Assembly (NCBI GenBank): GCA_020049415.1
Contig: JAIFKV010000129.1
Location: 8,708-72,707 of the forward strand
DNA: 64,000 bases
Origin: Betaproteobacteria bacterium
GTDB lineage: Bacteria > Pseudomonadota > Gammaproteobacteria > Burkholderiales > Thiobacillaceae
Reading direction: 5' to 3'
Under the pieces are notes generated by a model, which saw only the letters and a list, made by a program, of their open reading frames with translations, was not told the origin of the DNA and searched no databases. Position numbers and translations under genes: made by a program. Below, piece by piece: positions 54,753-63,509 of the stretch; positions within the stretch are counted from its first letter, which is position 1; each line of letters starts with the position of its first letter.

Positions 54753-56383
54753 TCCTGCACCCCGCTCTCCGAGCCAACCATCTGCCCCAGATCAAGAGTC
54801 ACGGTGCGATCACTGAGATGCCAAAAACGGTCATCGTGAGTTACAACCACGACCGTTTTGCCGCGCTGCTTCAGTTCTGGCAGGATTTCTGTATAGAAGG
54901 CGGTGCGGAAATGGGCATCCTGGTCGGCGGCCCATTCATCAAAAAAGTAAATCTCCCGGTCTTCGAGCAAAGCGACAATCATCGCCAAGCGCTTGCGTTG
55001 CCCCGTTGACAACTCCTGCGTCGAAAAGCGCCCCGCCTCAAAGCCCACCTTGTCAGACAGCTCCATGCGGGCAATCAGCCGACGAACCTGTTCGGGATCG
55101 ACATGATCGAGTCCATGAAGACGGTCAAACAAATGAAAATCGGGAAATATGCAGGAAAAAAGCTCCCGGTATTCCTGCAACACCTCCGGCGCGAGAGCGA
55201 TCCCATCCACCCTGATACATCCGCTATCCAGTGGGTAAAGACCACTCATAAGCTTGAGCGCAGTAGATTTTCCACTGCCGTTGCCACCCAGCAAAAACAG
55301 CAATTCGCCTCGATGCAACTGCAAACTCCAGGGCCCGGTGGTGAAAGAACTTTCCCGGGCGGGATCCCGATATGAAAATCCAATGCCATCAAACGAGATA
55401 CTGCCAAACCCGCTGAAACACGACGGTGCCGTCAATGTATTCACCCAACCCATTGGGCGACCCTGATCAAGCATGTCCTCCAACTGGTAAACGTGACCCA
55501 ACCCAATACTGGCCCGGGAAAACAACGGTGCTGCCGAGGTAATTGCCGATACCGGACCAACGCAGAAAATTGCGGCCGCAGCGATCTTGTAGATGATGTC
55601 CGTATAACCGCTGAAGAATCCAGGCAGGACAAATATCACTACACCGAGCAAGCCATACAGGAAAGCATTGCTGAACAGCAGCAACACAACCCATTTGCCG
55701 CCGATACCGACGATCAGGGACTGCAAGTCATCGACGATTCGTGTGTAGCGGGCGAACAGCGCATCATTTTTATCCGCATTCAGCCGAATTTCCTGGAACC
55801 CTTCGGTGAAATGCATCAATGAATCCAGCATTTCACCTTCTTGGGCATGCACGGAAACCATGGCGTCATTGAGCGCTTTGCGCCGACTGTAGAAATACAT
55901 CAACGCCAATGCCGTCACACAACAGATCACGACGAAAGAAATCAGCGACAGCGACGCGATATAAAGCAGACAGAAAACCAGCAGGAACAAGCTCTGCGAC
56001 GCAGCAACCAGCAAAGGAAAATTCTGCGAGAGTTGATTGGTCTCTTGAGCAACCACAGCATACAGACGTCCACGTCCCAAACGCTCCAGGGTACGCAACT
56101 CGGCGCGCCGTATCTTGTCAGCCAGCCGCAAACGAAGTTCCCCCAAGCGACTCTGAAGAAAATCGTTCGCGCGTCGCAAAGAAGCCTGATTAGTCAATAC
56201 ATAGATAGCAAAAGCAAGCAAGTAGAGTATGAACAACTGCGCCCCCACCCGCTCACCCGAGGCGGCCGCTTCCGCTGCCAGGTTGATCAAACCAATCAAT
56301 ACCGCATTGGCCAGTCCCGCAAGACAAGTCACATACAAGGCCCGCGTAACTCCCGCCGGCCTGCTTGACTTAAGCAAACGCAA
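54749..56383 (-). CDS. ABC transporter, fused permease/ATPase (paralogue of the downstream gene; probable heterodimer partner)
   Basis: 544 aa. Walker A is GGNGSGKST, the signature is LSTGQRKRLAM, and Walker B is YFFDEW. The only available start is TTG at 56383, so the start is uncertain. Confidence 0.85.
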   Translation of the reverse strand: MRLLKSSRPAGVTRALYVTCLAGLANAVLIGLINLAAEAAASGERVGAQLFILYLLAFAIYVLTNQASLRRANDFLQSRLGELRLRLADKIRRAELRTLERLGRGRLYAVVAQETNQLSQNFPLLVAASQSLFLLVFCLLYIASLSLISFVVICCVTALALMYFYSRRKALNDAMVSVHAQEGEMLDSLMHFTEGFQEIRLNADKNDALFARYTRIVDDLQSLIVGIGGKWVVLLLFSNAFLYGLLGVVIFVLPGFFSGYTDIIYKIAAAAIFCVGPVSAITSAAPLFSRASIGLGHVYQLEDMLDQGRPMGWVNTLTAPSCFSGFGSISFDGIGFSYRDPARESSFTTGPWSLQLHRGELLFLLGGNGSGKSTALKLMSGLYPLDSGCIRVDGIALAPEVLQEYRELFSCIFPDFHLFDRLHGLDHVDPEQVRRLIARMELSDKVGFEAGRFSTQELSTGQRKRLAMIVALLEDREIYFFDEWAADQDAHFRTAFYTEILPELKQRGKTVVVVTHDDRFWHLSDRTVTLDLGQMVGSESGVQE

Positions 56384-56442
56384 AATATTCAGTTGATTAT
56401 CCTGGACATGAAAAAACTGTAGAGATCCGCAAAGACCTCTAA

Positions 56443-56658
56443 CCCGGATATTTCATGAATTCACACAATGATCCCGCAGGACATTGTTTGCACAAGGAAT
56501 TCCGAAAAGAAGCGGCGTAGTTATTCATACGCACGACTGAGCGGAGTTGTTGGCGCCTTAGCGCTTACTAATTTGGCCTGTCCCTTGCGGGTAGAGCAGG
56601 ATTTCCTGTGCAAACAAGGGACAAGCGATGGCGCGTGAGGATTCATGAAATATCCGGG
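56443..56658. repeat. 216-bp imperfect-palindrome intergenic element (family 1, complete copy), MITE/ERIC-like
   Basis: Perfect 18-bp terminal inverted repeats: cccggatatttcatgaat (56443-56460) and attcatgaaatatccggg (56641-56658). Internal inverted motifs are ttgtttgcacaagga and tcctgtgcaaacaa. A diverged second copy starts at 63817. No transposase ORF. Confidence 0.7.
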
Positions 56659-56724
56659 CTGACAAAACTGGCTTGATACTGACGCACCAATGCACAGCTA
56701 GCATAAACTCGATGAAAATCTGGG

Positions 56725-56819
56725 CTGGGAGCCTGTCGGACTTTGGTCGTCAATAGCGAAAACCGACCCCGGCGCGGTCGATTTGCAGCCGACGATTCCA
56801 AATTCCGACAGACTCCTAG
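56725..56819. repeat. Palindromic intergenic repeat (family 2, long form)
   Basis: The ends ggagcctgtcggactttgg and ccaaattccgacagactcc are imperfect inverted repeats. The element contains tttgcagccgacgattcc, which is the reverse complement of the core of the 8444-8499 element, plus about 40 nt of extra internal sequence. Confidence 0.55.
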
Positions 56820-56882
56820 ACATCCGATGTGAACATAAATGTTCAAAAAACATTTCGTGCCTAAACTTAAAACCGATGACTC

Positions 56883-57671
56883 ATGGCCAATTCTATCTCC
56901 GCACTCGCCATGAATCGAGAAGAAGTTCAGCATCAACTACCCAAAATACAGCCAGGGGATTGTCACCTTTGGCGCCTTTCGCTGGAAGAGTCGGAGAAAG
57001 GCTTGGCCCGACTGACACAATACTTGTCTAGCGAGGAAAGGAAGCGGGCCGAACATTTCCTGGTTCCCGCGCCTCGCCTGCAATACATTGTGACACGCAG
57101 CGCATTACGCCTCTTGCTCGGCAGTTACTTGGGTATCCCTTGTGAAACCATCCAGTTCTGCCTCAACCAATATGGCAAGCCGTCCCTTCCTCCGCCTCTT
57201 GCGCAATTACGTTTCAATGTAAGTCACTCTGGAAAGCTGGCGCTGATCGCGATTTCCAAGGAAGTTGATGTCGGCGTTGATATCGAACACCATCGCTTAC
57301 TGAACGACGGACCAGGCTTGGCGAAGATGATCTTGTGCCAGGAAGACTTGGACCAGTGGTTGGAACTCTCTCCGAATGACCAGTTCCGAGCCTTTTATCA
57401 AGCCTGGACCCGCAAGGAAGCCGTTGCCAAAGCATTAGGTTATGGTCTGACACTCGACTTCAAACACCTGCGAGTCAGTTTTACCCCCACAGCACAAACG
57501 CAGTTGATCAATATTGAGCCCAACTTGGGTGTTGCGCGCGAGTGGACTCTGATTGATATCAATGCCGGGGATGGCTATTCCGCAGCCTTGGCAGCAAGAA
57601 CATCCAAGATCAAACTTATGCAATATATGTTGCCACCAGAATTCCTGTATCGAACACATGTGATTGCATGA
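56883..57671 (+). CDS. Sfp-type 4'-phosphopantetheinyl transferase
   Basis: 262 aa. Motifs are FNVSHSG, VGVDIEH and WTRKEAVAKALG. Divergently oriented from the ABC/PKS operon. Confidence 0.85.
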   Translation: MANSISALAMNREEVQHQLPKIQPGDCHLWRLSLEESEKGLARLTQYLSSEERKRAEHFLVPAPRLQYIVTRSALRLLLGSYLGIPCETIQFCLNQYGKPSLPPPLAQLRFNVSHSGKLALIAISKEVDVGVDIEHHRLLNDGPGLAKMILCQEDLDQWLELSPNDQFRAFYQAWTRKEAVAKALGYGLTLDFKHLRVSFTPTAQTQLINIEPNLGVAREWTLIDINAGDGYSAALAARTSKIKLMQYMLPPEFLYRTHVIA

Positions 57672-57723
57672 ACAGTTCTAAACTGACTTGTTCCATCCCA
57701 CCGATGAGTATGAAGAGATCAAC

Positions 57724-58479
57724 ATGAAGCCATCCTTTCTCAGCCTATTTCTGTTGAGTTTTGCCATCTCATCGCACGCTGCGCTTGCACGCGATTTGAA
57801 GATTGTATTTCTTGAGTACACGCCGCCCTATGTTATTGACCAAAGCAGCGGTATCTCTATAGAGCTTATGCGCGAAGCGTTGAAACCCAGTGGAAACAAC
57901 ATCGTACCAATCAGACTGCCGATAGGACGGGGGTATGAATTATTCGCAAAAGGGCGTGCAGACGGTACGGCAAACATTCTGGAAAGCTCACGTCTGCCTG
58001 TCTACTACTCCGATGATTTCATCCGTTATCACAACAAAGCCTTTGCCCTAAAGACAGGTCGCCAAGTGATCAAGGGTATCTCCGACCTCAAGAAGAAAAA
58101 AATCGTCGCGTTCCAGTATGCCCGCAAGAATCTGGGCGAGGAATTTAGCCGCGTCACTCTCGGTAACTATAACTACCGGGAAATGTCGAATCAAAAAAAA
58201 CAGACTCTCATGTTGCTTGAGGGAAAGGTTGATATTGCGATTATGGACGAGAGCTTGTTCAAATTTTATCGCGGAAAATTGGTTTCCGAGGGCAAGATAC
58301 CCTCTTCCGTTGAAGTCGACTCTTTTACCCTGTTCCCCCCCACCGCATTCAAAGCAGCCTTCCTCGATGAGGATGTACGCAACGAATTTAATCGTGGGTT
58401 AGCCACTCTGCGTCGTAATGGCCGTTATGAAGCGATATATCGTAAATATGTAGAGGAGTATTTCACCATCAAGCAGTAG
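57724..58479 (+). CDS. Periplasmic substrate-binding protein (family 3 solute-binding-like)
   Basis: Signal peptide MKPSFLSLFLLSFAISSHAALA from ATG 57724; the listed ORF starts 36 nt earlier. Overall resemblance to polar amino-acid SBPs (IAIMDESLFKFY...). AT-rich relative to the PKS genes. Confidence 0.55.
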   Translation: MKPSFLSLFLLSFAISSHAALARDLKIVFLEYTPPYVIDQSSGISIELMREALKPSGNNIVPIRLPIGRGYELFAKGRADGTANILESSRLPVYYSDDFIRYHNKAFALKTGRQVIKGISDLKKKKIVAFQYARKNLGEEFSRVTLGNYNYREMSNQKKQTLMLLEGKVDIAIMDESLFKFYRGKLVSEGKIPSSVEVDSFTLFPPTAFKAAFLDEDVRNEFNRGLATLRRNGRYEAIYRKYVEEYFTIKQ

Positions 58480-58489
58480 CAGTAATAAT

Positions 58490-59455
58490 TCACTTACCTT
58501 TTGTCAGGGATACCGCATTTGCGGGATTTACCCGGTTTCCTGCCTGCGCATCTGAATTAGGACTATCTGCATTCAACAGCAATGGCATGTTGTTTTGTCC
58601 GGTTCCCATGATAATAATCTTGGCATTGGGAGACTTCGCCAACTCCAATGTCGCGTCTATACCCCGCCATTTCAACATTGGAATTTTGCTGGTTTCCTCA
58701 AAAGCTTTGATCCCCTCCGCTTCGATGATCTTCCGCTTCTTTTCTTCCTCTTCCGCCTGTAGACGAAAACCGTAGGACAGTAGACGCTGTTCAAACAAAA
58801 GCTTCTCGACTATCCCTTTTTGCATCTCTGGCGGCAAGTCGAGACTGAGCAACATTACAGTCTCAAAGATAATCGGATGAAACATCTCTACCCGAGTCCT
58901 TACCCGATCATCAATCTCTTCTAGCAGATCTTCTTCGTCCTTGGCATAGATTTCATCTGCAGAATAATTCCCGAGCACCTGACGCAAGGATGAAATCACC
59001 TCCGGCACCACCACCTTTTCCGCAAAATCAGGGCCCAAGTTGCGATGGAGCTCAGGCAAATGAGCAGGATCGATTCGAAAACGAACCGACCACTCAACGA
59101 CGATTTGCATCCCATCCTTCGTCAATAATGTAATTTTGTCGCCAATTTTGTACAGACGGGTGCTGTAAATATAAATTTTATCCCACGGAAACTTCAGATG
59201 AGTTCCATCGCCAAGCACCAAGTCGGACGTGCCACCAAAAAAACGTGACCAGTAAACGCCCTGCTCGCCGGGATATTTTGATACCACGATGTCGCGCCAC
59301 ATTACGACCAGGATAAAAGCCATAATCAGGAGCGTCAGGGTAAAACCGAACCGGTACTTCGACAACCGGCGAGAAAAACCAAGGACAGACTTTTCTTCAA
59401 TAGGAGATGACATTATTGAGTCTTCGGCCGTAGAGACCTTCTCGGCCTTGTTCAT
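58490..59455 (-). CDS. SPFH / band-7 (prohibitin-like) domain membrane protein
   Basis: 321 aa. N-terminal TM helix (FGFTLTLLIMAFILVVMW). SPFH core is VEWSVRFRIDPAHLPELHRNLGPDFAEKVVVPEVISSLRQVLGNYSADEIYA, followed by a coiled-coil-like EEEKKRKIIEAEG. Confidence 0.7.
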   Translation of the reverse strand: MNKAEKVSTAEDSIMSSPIEEKSVLGFSRRLSKYRFGFTLTLLIMAFILVVMWRDIVVSKYPGEQGVYWSRFFGGTSDLVLGDGTHLKFPWDKIYIYSTRLYKIGDKITLLTKDGMQIVVEWSVRFRIDPAHLPELHRNLGPDFAEKVVVPEVISSLRQVLGNYSADEIYAKDEEDLLEEIDDRVRTRVEMFHPIIFETVMLLSLDLPPEMQKGIVEKLLFEQRLLSYGFRLQAEEEEKKRKIIEAEGIKAFEETSKIPMLKWRGIDATLELAKSPNAKIIIMGTGQNNMPLLLNADSPNSDAQAGNRVNPANAVSLTKGK

Positions 59456-59530
59456 GGCATCATCTGATGAAGGAGAAACTCGAGTAACAAAGGTGACAAA
59501 GCGTGATGCTTGGCAGAGTCTCTGCCAAGT

Positions 59531-59698
59531 TCACTTGACGGTTGCCGAAGATGAACGACCAAACAGGACAACCATAACCAAGGAGGCAAGAGGGGTCAGA
59601 AACACGCCGACCATAAGAATGCCCCAAAAGCCAAGGCGGGTATCCTTTCCAAGATAGGCGGCAATCACGCAAAGCAGAATATAGGCAATCCAAAACAT
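59531..59698 (-). CDS. Small hydrophobic protein (two predicted TM helices)
   Basis: Preferred ATG at 59698 (MFWIAYILLCVIAAYLG...GILMVGVFLTPLASLVMVVLF). The listed longer ORF would overlap the upstream gene. No homology recognised. Confidence 0.3.
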   Translation of the reverse strand: MFWIAYILLCVIAAYLGKDTRLGFWGILMVGVFLTPLASLVMVVLFGRSSSATVK

Positions 59699-59747
59699 TA
59701 CCTGACTTCTCCTGAAACAGCAGGAATCTCCGCCCTCCAGCCCAGCA

Positions 59748-60332
59748 TCAGGTAGCCACCCCACTTGTTGCAGACTTAGGCATATTGGTCGCCGTGGCGA
59801 CTTTCATTCCATTGGCAAACTCAGTGCGGAAATAGTCACGCACACGCGTGGCATCAAAATCAAGCAGGGTTCCGCCAGTTTCGAAGTGGGCCGCGAAAAT
59901 CCTGCCAATGGCATAGGTGATCGCTGCCGCGAGAGCGGGTATGGAAGCCACCGAGACTGCATGACCCAACACAGGAATGGCCTTGAGACTACTAAGGGCC
60001 AACATCTTGCCAAGGGTAACGCTACCTAAACTACCTAGCAGTGAAAGCACCGCAGCCTTAGCTAAATCCTTGCGATAACCCGCACCGTATATATCCGCCA
60101 ATTCCTTCACCAACTTAAGCTCAACGGTGGTTATCGCCACCAGTTCAAGCATCGGCACAGGTAAAACCCCAGCACCGGCAGACCATAGCATGTTGCGCTT
60201 GATGGCTTCAGCCACAGCGCATCGCCGAGCCTCATGGGAAAGATCTTCCATACCGACTTGAGCTTCACCACTTTCACCCTCGCCAGCAATCACCTCTTCT
60301 ACCACGACAGCATCCTGATCCGCGTTTTTCAT
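59748..60332 (-). CDS. Hypothetical protein, DUF697/YcjF-like
   Basis: Preferred ATG at 60332; the listed TTG at 60350 is less likely. The hydrophobic/amphipathic region AGAGVLPVPMLELVAITTVELKLVKELADIYG...AIPVLGHAVSVASIPALAAAITYAIGRIF resembles DUF697 as I recall it. Confidence 0.35.
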   Translation of the reverse strand: MKNADQDAVVVEEVIAGEGESGEAQVGMEDLSHEARRCAVAEAIKRNMLWSAGAGVLPVPMLELVAITTVELKLVKELADIYGAGYRKDLAKAAVLSLLGSLGSVTLGKMLALSSLKAIPVLGHAVSVASIPALAAAITYAIGRIFAAHFETGGTLLDFDATRVRDYFRTEFANGMKVATATNMPKSATSGVAT

Positions 60333-60395
60333 TAAATTCGCCCGTGACAAAAATATAATCGGTTTTGACTATATCAACTAACATCTTGATGGGCA

Positions 60396-61493
60396 ATGCA
60401 GAGCATTGTCCAATCAGGGTGCCGCCATCTATTCGCCTCACTACCGGTCCACACCTGCCTGATACCTGCAGAGACCAAGAGTCAAAGTAAAAAGCGCACG
60501 GATTCTCGGAAAAAAGCGTCTCGGCGGGCTTCGGGCGGAGTTGCTCAGACAAGTGAGTACCTGAAGTCCGTGATTCAACTTCACAACCGCACGCATCGTA
60601 AAGTGACTTCCCTGCAGCACATCATACCTATCCGACCAGGATCAGCGCGCACGCCAATTTTCCTGATTCACAGTATCGCGGGGGAATTGACTTGGGCTAA
60701 ACATCTTGCCCGTTACATGCCGCCAGAACAGCCTCTTTATTGCTTCGCAGCGCCCGGCATCAATTCGGATGCACCGTTCTTTTTTAGCCTCGAAGCCATG
60801 GCCGAAGCCTATCTGCGCGACATTCGCAAACAGCAACCACATGGCCCTTACCTAGTCGGCGGTTATTCCATGGGCGGAGTAATAGCCTTCGAAATTGCGC
60901 GACAGTTGCAAGCCTGCGGGGAAGAAATTGGGCTGATGGTCATGATCGACGCTTTTGCACCGCACCCCAAGCACGGAGAAAGCATAACGTCCTGGAGCCG
61001 CAACGGACTTCTGATGCAAGTCATCTGCAATCAACTGGCATTGCAATGGAATTCTGACCAACTCCTGCCGCCCGACGCACTTCCGCCTTTGCCCTTTACT
61101 GAACATAGCTCATACGCAGCGCAATATTTGTTAAATCACTGCAAGGTTCCTCATACGCAACAGGCATTGCAAAACTACTTACGTCGCTGCCAATGCATGA
61201 TGCGTGTTCATGCCCAATTACTTGCCGACTACAGACCTACCCAGCTTGATCGGGAAGTCGATGTATTGTTGTTTCGAAATACGCTAGGACTGATCGGCCA
61301 TAACAGCGCACTAAATCTTCCCGTTTTGCCGGATAGCCAGCGTAATCCCCCCCATTGCTGGGAAAATTTCCTGAAATCGCCCCCGGTCTTGATTGATGTA
61401 CAGGAAGAACACTTTATGTTGAGCAGCGAACCTGCGATGGAATTCATCAGCCAAGCACTGGAAATACATTTACAGCTAAAAACCCGCCATTGA
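60396..61493 (+). CDS. Stand-alone thioesterase-domain alpha/beta-hydrolase
   Basis: TE-type motifs are PIFLIHSIAGE and the nucleophile elbow GYSMGGVIAFEIARQL, followed by MIDAFAP. The N-terminal 60 aa or so are basic and low-complexity, so the true start may be internal (for example GTG 60570). Confidence 0.65.
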   Translation: MQSIVQSGCRHLFASLPVHTCLIPAETKSQSKKRTDSRKKASRRASGGVAQTSEYLKSVIQLHNRTHRKVTSLQHIIPIRPGSARTPIFLIHSIAGELTWAKHLARYMPPEQPLYCFAAPGINSDAPFFFSLEAMAEAYLRDIRKQQPHGPYLVGGYSMGGVIAFEIARQLQACGEEIGLMVMIDAFAPHPKHGESITSWSRNGLLMQVICNQLALQWNSDQLLPPDALPPLPFTEHSSYAAQYLLNHCKVPHTQQALQNYLRRCQCMMRVHAQLLADYRPTQLDREVDVLLFRNTLGLIGHNSALNLPVLPDSQRNPPHCWENFLKSPPVLIDVQEEHFMLSSEPAMEFISQALEIHLQLKTRH

Positions 61494-61506
61494 CTGCCAA
61501 TACCCC

Positions 61507-61523
61507 CACTCAAACATTGAGTG
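61507..61523. terminator. Small hairpin between convergent genes (weak bidirectional terminator candidate)
   Basis: cactcaa-aca-ttgagtg forms a 7-bp stem with a 3-nt loop. It lies in the 44-nt gap between the thioesterase and amidotransferase 3' ends. No clear U-tract. Confidence 0.2.
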
Positions 61524-61537
61524 CCCTATTCATGCAT

Positions 61538-63502
61538 TCAAGTCAGATGACGCAAATCGACAGCTCTTACCAAGGGTGAATCGGCCCAAGTCTGAGTTGG
61601 AGAGGTTTCCCGTTGGACGAAGAAGCGATGCTGAAGGGCGATGGTAAGCAGAAAAATGAAAGCCTGATTTTCTTTGGTGCTGATCTCGGCTGACGGGCTG
61701 TTCAAAATCTTGTTGCTGAGAGCACGTACAAATTTCCCGTCCAAGAAAGGCATCTTGGCGATCTCATCGGAACTAAGCAGCAGTTCCAGGTAGTCTGGCC
61801 GACAGTCCACGAAGGCAGCGCTGTCTGGTGCTCGGTAAGGAAACTTTCGTTTGTTCACGATAGAGCTTGGCAATCGTGCACGGAAGGCCTGCCGCAGAAG
61901 TCGCTTCTCATCGAAACCGTCGTCAAAACGCAAGTTGATCGAGGCAGCCAGTCTCACAACAGCGGGGTCAAGGAAGGGGCAGCGGTTTTCCACACCATTT
62001 GCCAGTCCCATGCGTTCCCCCTGGGTCGACAACAGATAGCCCGCCAGAAGGGTGCGGAACTCAAGCCATTGGGCCTTGTGTATCGACGTCATTTCGGCAT
62101 AACCGGGCGTCGCCGCGACCAAAGCCGAGATAGCCTCGAATGGATTGCCGGCGTTCTTGATGAGCCGCGCTGAGAATCGTCCGTTCTGAAAGCGCAACTC
62201 ATGGGAAAACAACCCTGGCAGGCGTTCCTGTGAAAATTGTTGATACAACCCGGTGAGGGCGGCAACATCCTGAGGACCGTAATGTTCTAAATGCGGATAA
62301 AGGCGCGCTAACTGAATGCGGCGCTTTTCTTCATCGTGATTCAACCAGTCCTGTCTGAGCAGTGTTTCCTTGAACAAGTCATAACCCAGGAAAGCCTCGT
62401 CCGCACCTTCCCCAGACAGCACTACCTTGATTCCCGCCTGCCTGGTACGGGCGGATAGCAGATACATAGGAACAAAGGCGCTCCGAAAGGCGGGGATTTC
62501 GGCGTGCCAGGCGGCGGCTGGAAGGCTATCGACAATATCGCGATGCGTAATTGTCAGTGCGTGATGTCGACTCCCGAGAAGGGTCGCCATTTCGTGCTGC
62601 TGGTCTGATTCGTCATATTCCCGGTCGGCAAACTCAACCGAAAAGGTGGACAGAGGATGGGAACTCAGCTCTCCGGCAAGTAAGGCAACAACAGCAGAAT
62701 CAATGCCACCGCTCAGGTAAACGCCAACTTCGACGTCGCTTCGCAGGCGCAACGCCACGCTTTCTCGCAGCCGCTGTTGAATCAGATCCAAAGCTTCTGC
62801 TTCACTACCAACAGTGATATTGCCTCCGAAATCGAGCGTTTCATAAGGCATAACCTCGGTTTTCCCGGCGCGGCAGCGCAGCCAGTGACTCATGGATAGG
62901 CTATGTATGCCATGGAACCCGGTCTGTTCCGGTAACGGCGTCCAAACGGCAACGATTGAGGCCAGTTGCCTAGGATCATGCTCAAAAACAAAACCGGGGA
63001 ATCTCAGGAAAGCCTTCATCTCTGAGGCAAACAACATCCCCTCGCCACAGAAAGCGTAGAACAGGGGACGCTTGCCATAACGATCCCGTGCCAGAATGAG
63101 TTCATCACGATCCCGGTCGTACAGGGCAAAGGCAAAGCCTCCATTGAGGCGGGGAAGGCAGGCAGCCCCCCAGTGAAGCCAAGCCTGTAAAAGTACTTCT
63201 GTATCGGAATGAGTGGAAAAATTACAGCCTAGCGCTTCGAGTTCAACGCGCAATTCCAAATAGTTGTAAATCTCGCCGTTGTAACAAAGCCAGTAGCGTT
63301 GTGTCGGGTCGGAGATGGGTTGAATACCCGCTTCGATGTCGATAATCGACAAACGGGTGGATCCCAAGCCACAGCGACTGTCTACGACATATCCCGTGGC
63401 ATCGGGCCCCCGATGGGCAATGGCTCGCAACATGCTCAACAGGGTGTCGGGAAACGCCTCTACCGCCAAGGACGGGTGGAAGAAGCCGGCAATGCCGCAC
63501 AT
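61538..63502 (-). CDS. Asparagine synthetase (glutamine-hydrolysing)-like amidotransferase
   Basis: Preferred start gives MCGIAGFF, the Ntn-amidotransferase Cys2 nucleophile. The PP-loop is YLSGGIDSAVVALLA. The start lies 8 nt after the stop of the upstream ACP gene. The listed ORF start at 63547 adds 15 aa and overlaps the ACP gene. Confidence 0.85.
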   Translation of the reverse strand: MCGIAGFFHPSLAVEAFPDTLLSMLRAIAHRGPDATGYVVDSRCGLGSTRLSIIDIEAGIQPISDPTQRYWLCYNGEIYNYLELRVELEALGCNFSTHSDTEVLLQAWLHWGAACLPRLNGGFAFALYDRDRDELILARDRYGKRPLFYAFCGEGMLFASEMKAFLRFPGFVFEHDPRQLASIVAVWTPLPEQTGFHGIHSLSMSHWLRCRAGKTEVMPYETLDFGGNITVGSEAEALDLIQQRLRESVALRLRSDVEVGVYLSGGIDSAVVALLAGELSSHPLSTFSVEFADREYDESDQQHEMATLLGSRHHALTITHRDIVDSLPAAAWHAEIPAFRSAFVPMYLLSARTRQAGIKVVLSGEGADEAFLGYDLFKETLLRQDWLNHDEEKRRIQLARLYPHLEHYGPQDVAALTGLYQQFSQERLPGLFSHELRFQNGRFSARLIKNAGNPFEAISALVAATPGYAEMTSIHKAQWLEFRTLLAGYLLSTQGERMGLANGVENRCPFLDPAVVRLAASINLRFDDGFDEKRLLRQAFRARLPSSIVNKRKFPYRAPDSAAFVDCRPDYLELLLSSDEIAKMPFLDGKFVRALSNKILNSPSAEISTKENQAFIFLLTIALQHRFFVQRETSPTQTWADSPLVRAVDLRHLT

Positions 63503-63509
63503 GGCGCGA

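Noticed and set aside
56443-56658. Calling the family-1 element an insertion sequence or mobile element
   Set aside because: It has terminal inverted repeats, but no transposase ORF and no target-site duplication that I could identify. It is therefore reported only as a repeat (MITE/ERIC-like), and mobility is unproven.
56384-56882. Explicit -35/-10 promoter calls for the divergent ABC-operon and PPTase promoters
   Set aside because: I found only weak hexamer matches by eye. Without a TSS or a scoring matrix, any call would be guesswork.
56643-56936. 97-aa minus-strand ORF in the ABC/PPTase intergenic region
   Set aside because: It is composed almost entirely of the two repeat elements, overlaps the PPTase start and has no recognisable motifs.
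61538-63502. Interpreting the AsnB homologue as housekeeping asparagine synthetase
   Set aside because: It is not excluded, but it is less likely. The gene is translationally adjacent to a dedicated ACP, sits in a PKS cluster whose first megasynthase lacks a loading domain, and precedes a KS-DH-KR-ACP-KS-B-ACP glutarimide-type bimodule.
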